From Anolis carolinensis (lineage: Eukaryota): a DNA stretch of 64,000 nt. A program made the position numbers and the translations under genes. Shown here piece by piece: positions 47,841-64,000 of this stretch (position 1 is its first letter; every line of letters begins with the position of its first letter). The notes under the pieces are model-generated. The model saw nothing but the letters and a program-made list of their open reading frames with translations, ran no database searches and was not told where the DNA came from. The stretch lies in NCBI RefSeq assembly GCF_035594765.1, contig NC_085846.1:18525190-18589189 (forward strand). Direction: 5' to 3'.

Positions 47841-49735
47841 TCAGTGAGTGGGGACTTGGCCCAGGTAAACTAGACATCCCAAGGACCCAGCGCTGGTTTT
47901 CTCGTGCAAAAAAACCTTAATGGCTCATATCTACCTGTTCATTAGTTTCGTTCTAGGCCAATATTGCTGCATATTGGCTCTCATATTACCACCCAAAAAC
48001 CTCTAGCATGTCAGTAAGAGCACTATCTTAAGTCATTCAGTGGCTGAGGCCCCTTCCACACAGCTGTATAAAAACCACATTGAACTGGATTATATGGCAG
48101 TGTGGACTCAGATGATCCAGTTCAAAGCAGATATTATGGATTATCTGCCTTGATATTCCCGGTTATATGCCTGTGTGGAAGGGCCATGAATCTCTGCTCC
48201 ACCATTTATTCCTGGGAACATACAGCAGCTGTGTGGAGAGGGCCAGGAGATAGGGGTTATTCCGATGGTGTAAACACAATGACTTTCAGAAGCAAACACA
48301 GGCTCATGGAATAAAGTTTTTAGTAGCTTGCTTTCATGTAGCAGCCAAAACATCATCAAATGTTCATGTAATCGTTTGTCAGCCTACTGTTTAGGAACGC
48401 CTGCTTGATTACATGAGCACTTGATGATATTTTGGTTGCTACATGGAAGCTACTAAAAACTTTATTCCAGGGCTTGTTTTAAAGCCAATAGAAATCCTAT
48501 TTCCTATATGAGCTCACATGGTCTTTTCAGAAGGGAGACTCCTAGTGATACCAATCAGAGGGCACGATGCAGAAGAGCAACTACTGGGACACATGGAATA
48601 GTTTCATACAAATGATGTCAACCACCTAGGGCTCAGACTGCATTGTAGTAAGTGATCTGTGGTTTGCTTTTCTCTGCACTCACATGTTGTGTACTCCACT
48701 TTGTAGCCCCATTTCCTAAGGCTGGCTCTGCATCTCATGGTGCAGTCTGTTCAGACCCTTCAAAATCGCCCAGTCTTCTGTGTGCCCAGGGGGAGAATTT
48801 CTCATTTGGTATCAGCCACTGATTGAGGCTCTGGGTTTTAACCAGAACTGGCCCGAGGTAATTTAAAATGATACGCAAAATAAAAAATGTCTGCCCCCCG
48901 TGCCATGAGAGGTGTGGCCACACGACGCGGGAGGCCTGGAAGGCGGGGCCAGGGCCCGGAGGCAGGCCAGGTCTGGCCCTGCCTCCTGGGGGCTCAATAA
49001 CACCCCCGGGAACATGGCGCCCAACGCGGGGGCATGGTCGGCGTCCCGTGTTGGGCCAGGCCTGGTTTTAACCTGCCACTTTTGGACTCTCGCTTGCTGA
49101 GGTGTTCCTGCAAGTATCTCTGTAGATCTTAGGAAACTATTTCTTGATTTAAGGCATTGGCTTGCTGGCTAATAGGCGAACAGGGGATGGGCCGGAGATG
49201 TCAATGCCTTGGTCATTTCATTACAGGCTGCTACTTCCCGATGGATGTCAAGTGGTGCAATACTGGCTAAACCAGGCATCCTCAAACTGTGGCCCTCCAG
49301 CTGTTTGGGCCTCCAATTCCCAGAAGCCTTAACCAGATTGATCAATGGTCCAGAATTCTGGGAGTTGAAAGCCCAAACAGCTGGAGGGCCGCAGTTAGAG
49401 GACCCCTGAGCTAAACAGTATAATTTTTTTCAGTGGTGTAGGGCATGTCTCATATTAAGAGCCACATCCACTGTTTTAACATGGTGAGATGTATTCCACA
49501 CTGGGCATGTGTATTCAGTGGCAGAGCAGTAAAACGCAAGGGCAGATGCCTTCACTGTGTCTTCCAGATGACATTGCCACACAAAATATAGGTTTAATCC
49601 AATGGTAAAACAATTCATGGAGCATTCTGGCTGGATGCCCATTCTTTGCGTATGAGAATTATGAGTCATAAACATATCTACACTTCCTGCTCTCTACATG
49701 GACACTCCCCACCTAAATCCCAGGCTTTATATATA

Positions 49736-50058
49736 CAGTAGAGTCTCACTTATCCAACACTCGCTTATCCAACATTCTGGATTATCCAACACATTTTTGT
49801 AGTCAATGTTTTCAATATATTGTGATATTTTGGTGCTAAATTCATAAATAAAGTAATTACTACATAGCATTACTGTGTATTGAACTACTTTTTCTGCCAA
49901 ATTTGTTGTCTAAAATGATGTTTTGGTGCTTAATTTGTAAAATCATAACCTAATTTGATGTTTAATAGGCTTTTCCTTAATGCTTCCTTATTATCCAACA
50001 TATTCGCTTATCCAACATTCTGCCGGCCCGTTTATGTTGGATAAGTGAGATTCTACTG
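49736..50058 (-). mobile_element. Same MITE family, about 200 bp upstream of gene E coding exon 1
   Basis: Both TIRs present with TA flanks. Confidence 0.85.
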
Positions 50059-50270
50059 TATATATAATTGAGAAGCAGGTAGTAGAAGTAAAGAACAAAG
50101 GTTGACAGTCTACAGTTGGAGTAAAGCTGACCAGTGGATATAAGATGGTATTCATTGTCCCAAACTTGTTGCTGGAGGGAGTCAGACAAAGGTATGATTG
50201 AATTCCAGGGGAGCACTATTCATTCACATGATATTTTCTACATAACTACCAGGAGAAGGATCCTGCCTCA

Positions 50271-58407
<8,137 letters not shown>

Positions 58408-59229
58408 GCACTTACCTTAATTCTTACCTTACTGGTTTTAAGTGACTTTTTTTTTTTAAAAAAAACACACAATTCTATGTTTAATTCTATTTTAATGTGT
58501 ATATGTTGTAGGTTTTAGATTGTAATTTGTATTGTTTTTGTGTGTGTCATGAAACTCGTTTCAGAGAACAATGTAGAATCATCATCATCATCTGCCTCTT
58601 TTGCCACCACTTTTCTTCAGACCAGTGTGCCTGATGATTTCTAGTTCAATAAAAGAAAAGAAATTATTTATAAACAACACTCACCCAAGCATACTGAATA
58701 CAGGGAAATAGCACCAAAAGAACTGAGCTGGCCTTTGAATGCTGAGCTGGCCCCCCTCCTTTCCTCCATCATTTACTGGGATTAGAGGCGCAGGATCTCT
58801 GCAAAAGTGGAAAAACCATGAATTAAAAAACACTATTTTTTACCTGAGAGAACTCCTTTCTAGGAATTTATTGGTCTTCCAGCACACATCTATGGTCAAC
58901 TTCAGGCAAAAGTTGATCATAGAATTGCACTGGAGGACCTAGAAATTCCTAGAGATTCCATATTAATCAAATCCGCAAATAATCAAATCCGCAGAAATCA
59001 AATATTTACAAATATGGAGGGCCAACTGTACAAGAAAGTCCTACATAGTTCTCATTGTCCTCATTATGACAGACCATGTGGATCCAGAATAGGTCTCTAC
59101 ACTCACTTATGGATCCACCACCAAAGTTCTACTTTTGGAAGACAATCGTACTCAGTCATGAGCAGTCACCTATGATGATGATGAAGCAGCAGATGTAGAC
59201 ACGAATTGCTCCTTGTGAACAGCCATGCC

Positions 59230-59742
59230 ACTGTGTATGCATATGTCTTCAAGTCACATGTGATTTAAGGTGACTTCATTAATTTCCAGGGGTCTTCCTA
59301 GGGAAGGAATAGTCAGAGGTGGCTTAACATTGTTTTCCTCCAAAAGTTAACCTACATCTGACATTCATTCATTCTCTTTCATCCAAGTACTAACTGGACC
59401 TGCTTAGATCCCAGGAGTAGACGGAATCTGGTGCAGGGGTCCTCAAACTTTTTAAGCAGACGGCCAGTCCACAATCTTTCAGACTGCTGAGGGACCAAAT
59501 TATCATTTGAAAAAAATAAGAACAAATTCCTATGCACACGGCACATGTCTTATTTGTAATGTAAGATAGTCAAGTTAATTAGGATTGTTTTTGTTGTGTG
59601 CCTTCAAGTCATTTCAGACTTAGGGTGAGCCTAAGTCTAAAACTGAGGGCAGGGGCCAGATAAATGTTCTTGGAGGGCTGCATCTGGCCCACGGGCCTTA
59701 GTTTGCGGACCCCTGATCTGGTGCCTTTAGGGTATTTAAGCC
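59230..59742 (-). mobile_element. 5S rRNA-derived SINE (degenerate) interrupted by a hAT MITE
   Basis: CATCCAAGTACTAAC..CCTGCTTAG..AGACGG.ATC..AGGGTA matches the reverse complement of 5S rRNA boxes C/A. Split by the element at 59434-59715. Confidence 0.6.
59434..59715. mobile_element. hAT MITE
   Basis: CAGGGGTCC / GGACCCCTG; perfect 8-bp TSD ATCTGGTG. Confidence 0.85.
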
Positions 59743-61059
59743 TCTAGCATTCTGCATGAAATCCTCAGAGAGAAAGGAGATGCCAAATATTCCCAAATCC
59801 TTCCACCTAGCTTCCAAATTAGTTTCCACTCACCCATATAAACTACCTGTGTATTCCTTGTAGTTGTGAACTTTGCCTCTCCCTGAAGCTCTGAAGAACA
59901 TCATATTCAAAAACAAGGGAAAGAAGGCAGCTACCATTGTCCATTATCACACATCAATGCCCTATCCATTAGTTCACAAAGGCAATACTGCAATGGTTGT
60001 ACATAGCTGGGCAAAGAATAACTTCTTTAGGATTTGCTTTAACACAAGGAGGCAAGATCATTGCATGTCACAATACACTAATATTTTCTTGGTCCAGATT
60101 TTTTTTGTCCCAGTCAACACAGCAGGGGAGAACATAAAACAAACACACACAGTTCCTCCATTGAACCATCCCTCCATGTTTTCAAAGCTGCCATTTTTCA
60201 ACCTCCATTGCCTGTGCCCTATGGTATGGATAGGCAACCTGTGGCCATCCCAATATTGCTGGACTGCAACACACATCAGCCTTAGCTAATAGTGACGGAT
60301 GCCAGGTAATGAAGTCCAATAATATCTGGACGATATACTGTATACTGGATTCCTGCCTGTGGCAGATTTACAAACAACACGATACACCATAAGGGTGCAT
60401 CTACATGGTAGAATTAATGCAGTTTGACATCATTTTAACTGCCATGGATCCCTGCTATGGAATCAAAGTAGTTGTAGTTTGGTAAGGTGCCAGCAATCTT
60501 TAGCAGAGAAGGTTGGAAATCTACAACTCCCATGATGTCTTAGCATAGAGCCATGCCAGTTAAGTCAGAGAAAGGATAAATGGTATTTGGGGCAACCATG
60601 TCGTTGTCCCTGAAATAATCTCAAAACCCCTTGAAATTGCCTCCTGAATATTTTTGGCTGAAAATTCAGTCCAAAAACACTTCTAAGTGACACATTCTAA
60701 AGACTCTGGCAGTCTGGCTTCATTTGGCTCCCTTGCTGTTGTCCAAATGCTGAAAAATACTGAAAAATATGCCAAAAACAGAGATTGCAAAGGGAGAAAG
60801 AGAATACCAATCTATGCAAAAAAAATTTTTTTAATTGCACATGAAAGTGTATGTTCTACTTATACTTGAATTATGCCATGAAAAGAATGCTGACATTTAA
60901 CTATTTCTTAAGTGAAAAGCATAAAAAGAACAAGCAACAGCAAGAAAGAACAGGCCAGTTTCAAATGGAGAGCATTATTGGCTGGACTCCCAGTACAATT
61001 CTGTGTTGGAGAGTGCACAATAGCAAGACAAACACCTCCTCTGGACTTATTCCAGTTGG

Positions 61060-61620
61060 GTGTTAATCTTATTCAGCAAGGCTATACTGTATCTTGTACT
61101 GAATGCTTGTTTATCAGCAATAAACAGTATTGCAGAGTTTGCCAATATAAAAGGATCAAGCTAACCTTTGTCCTCAAACAAGAACCTTGACTTTGGAATC
61201 TGGGGTTATTGTAGGACGAAGGTTTTCCCAGGGAGATCACTTGGATTATCTACAGACAAAGTGAAGAAAGCTAGTTCTACAAAGGAATGACAATAATGAA
61301 AAAGCTGGAACCATCCCATACAAGTCATCCTATCTACCACTCAGTCATGGATGTCAGGATATTCATCAAAAATAACTGTCCAGGAACTGTTCCAGGAAGC
61401 TCAGGGTATGGTTCCGATAAAAGCTCTCGAACTTTAGCATAAAAGAATCATTAAAGAACACACCCCTTCCTCTGTCATCAGCACACCCATTTTGGAAAAG
61501 GAACAAAAGTTCAGGAAGGAATGCAAAGGGCCGAGAGACTGAGAGAGAGAGAAGGCACACAGCAGCAACAGCACAAAGGGACATTAGAGATCCTGAATAG
61601 GAAGTGACAGGCTGGTAAGT
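61060..61620 (+). promoter_or_regulatory. Candidate promoter and non-coding exon of gene F
   Basis: Inverted forkhead pair TGTTTAT-cagca-ATAAACA (61108-61126), TATAAAA (61146-61152), donor CTG|GTAAGT at 61614/61615. Gene F's ATG follows a CCAG acceptor. Confidence 0.45.
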
Positions 61621-62144
61621 GGACACATACTTCAATTATAGTGCTACCAGGTGACACTCAAGAGCCATGGCAGCTTTTAAACAGGGGTTGGCATCCCACC
61701 TGTGTGCATAGCTCCAAGCTGCAGTCCCACCTTGTCCTACCATCCAGCACCTACCAAGTCAATGTGGATCCAGTTGTTGTTTACTAGGAGGGAATGGGGT
61801 GGGAAGGGGGCTAATTCAGATCATAGAAAAATAGCTGGCCTCAGCTTGGTGGTGGAAAGAAATGGGGACAGGTACTTGTCTTTTTCTTCCTCCAGAAGCA
61901 CAGAGTAGCATTTCATGATCTGAAAAACTTTCCCCCTCTTTCCACTTCTATCTAGTAAGAACGTTCAGCCCAATGGCCAAATGTGAGAGCCTTACAGAAG
62001 GGACAATATTCTTCTCTTCTGGATCCACAATGAAGCTTATGCATGCAGAAGCTCCAGCTATACATCTACAGTACAAGTTACTAATAAGATATTGACTGTT
62101 AGGTGGAACAATGGACTGTTATCAATATTTTCATACCCCACCAG

Positions 62145-62805
<661 letters not shown>

Positions 62806-64000
62806 TAAGATACTGATTTGGGAATTTTCTAGTTACTTATTGATAAAAGAAAAACTGATCCTAAATATGTTCCACTAATTTGATCCAAGGGTTTTGTTTG
62901 TTGGTTGTTCGCAATGGGAAAATTCTCCCTGGGAATATGAAATATGGTAGGAAAATTATTAAGTCAGTTGATAAGAACTTTGATAACAATACAGTGATCA
63001 GTAGGAACAATCACTAATTTGCCAAAATTAAATTGTATCACATTAATCCTACCTTTTAAAATCAATTTATCATCTTATTAGACTCTGGAAAGGTGGAATA
63101 CATAGTCAAAGCGTTGAAAAACTCACCTATTATATATATTTGTCAGCAATCCAGTTAGGTGTTGGCCATGTGACACTATTACCATTTGGTGGATGTATAG
63201 CCTGTTCAAAAATGATGATCATCAAGGGATAATCCTGTAATAAAAGACCTGGAGCAGCACTAAATTGATACATCCTAAAGGCAAACCAGTATTGAATTTC
63301 AGATTGACCCCCTAGTTTTGTTGGGCAAGTGGGCTTATTAACAAACGACCTGCCCCATAAATGCACAGTAGAATAACTTATTAGCAGCGGTGTGACCCTG
63401 CACCAGAAGCCAAAGGTGATAAAAAGAACAAAAACACACAGACCAATGTTATCTCTTCCTTAGAAGCTTTTATTTATAGCAAAATAATATGGTTGCACTA
63501 TTTACAAAAACAAGGTTTCCATAACACAAATAAAGTTCTTTATACTTCCTTATTTACTTCCATGCTGGACTTCTTTCTCATGCAGATAAACAGCTTTGCT
63601 CTCACAGAGCCTTCTCTAACACTGAACTTACACTGGAGCTTCACACACGAGGCCTTCAATCTGGAGCTTCTCTCACATTGAAGCCTTCTCACTCTCCTCA
63701 GGATGACACTAGCTTTGACCCTTTCAGTGCTTGACTCACATTTTTGTAATTAAAAATACCTAGTTAATTTTTAATATTTCTGACAAGTTTTGACTGCCAA
63801 CTACTTTAGAGGTGGGAAGGTATCCTTAGTGTAGTTGTACATTCCAAAGGCAGAATTAAACTAAAAAGATTTGGGATGGGTTTCTGCACCACAAAAAAAA
63901 AGAGCAATTGAAATGTTTGTAAACCTTCTATTCAAAATTCACCCTACTCTTTCCTTATGATTTTATATTAATGGCCAAAGTCCTTCATTTTTAAAGATGG

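Noticed and set aside
47596-47877. Lys/Arg/Glu-rich and Phe/Pro-rich ORFs
   Set aside because: Translation of a polypurine low-complexity tract.
59350-59742. Possible 5S rRNA gene
   Set aside because: Too diverged, interrupted by a MITE and attached to SINE body sequence.
63391-63740. Possible solo LTR (TGTGA...TCACA)
   Set aside because: No target-site duplication and unclear internal signals; not supported enough.

Overview
Eukaryotic, repeat-rich vertebrate DNA. The repeat content (Sauria SINEs, Penelope-like elements, CR1, RTE, R4/Dong, Helitron, many hAT/Tc1-mariner/Harbinger MITEs) points to a squamate, probably an Anolis lizard; this is an inference. The window holds a head-to-tail + strand cluster of six cytosolic sulfotransferase (SULT1, mostly SULT1C-like) loci. 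Four are complete 7-coding-exon genes (4304-13717, 27233-34448, 40617-46314, 50271-58407). One is a truncated 3-exon pseudogene (20353-20955), and one runs off the right edge (62145-62772+). All exons were read manually with GT/AG boundaries and the conserved internal exon sizes 129/98/127/95/181 nt. A CpG-island promoter with ETS and CTCF-like motifs near 1.1-1.5 kb probably belongs to a divergently transcribed gene outside the window. The most notable non-genic signals are: (1) minimal type I hammerhead-ribozyme motifs in Penelope 3' ends, including one inside a perfect 86-bp hairpin upstream of a SULT coding region; (2) one Penelope copy whose internal breakpoint lies within 1 nt of the predicted cleavage site; (3) a 99-bp identical block shared by loci 43 kb apart; (4) a loop-less palindrome in a 3' UTR; and (5) strongly diverged active-site motifs in one intact SULT paralog.
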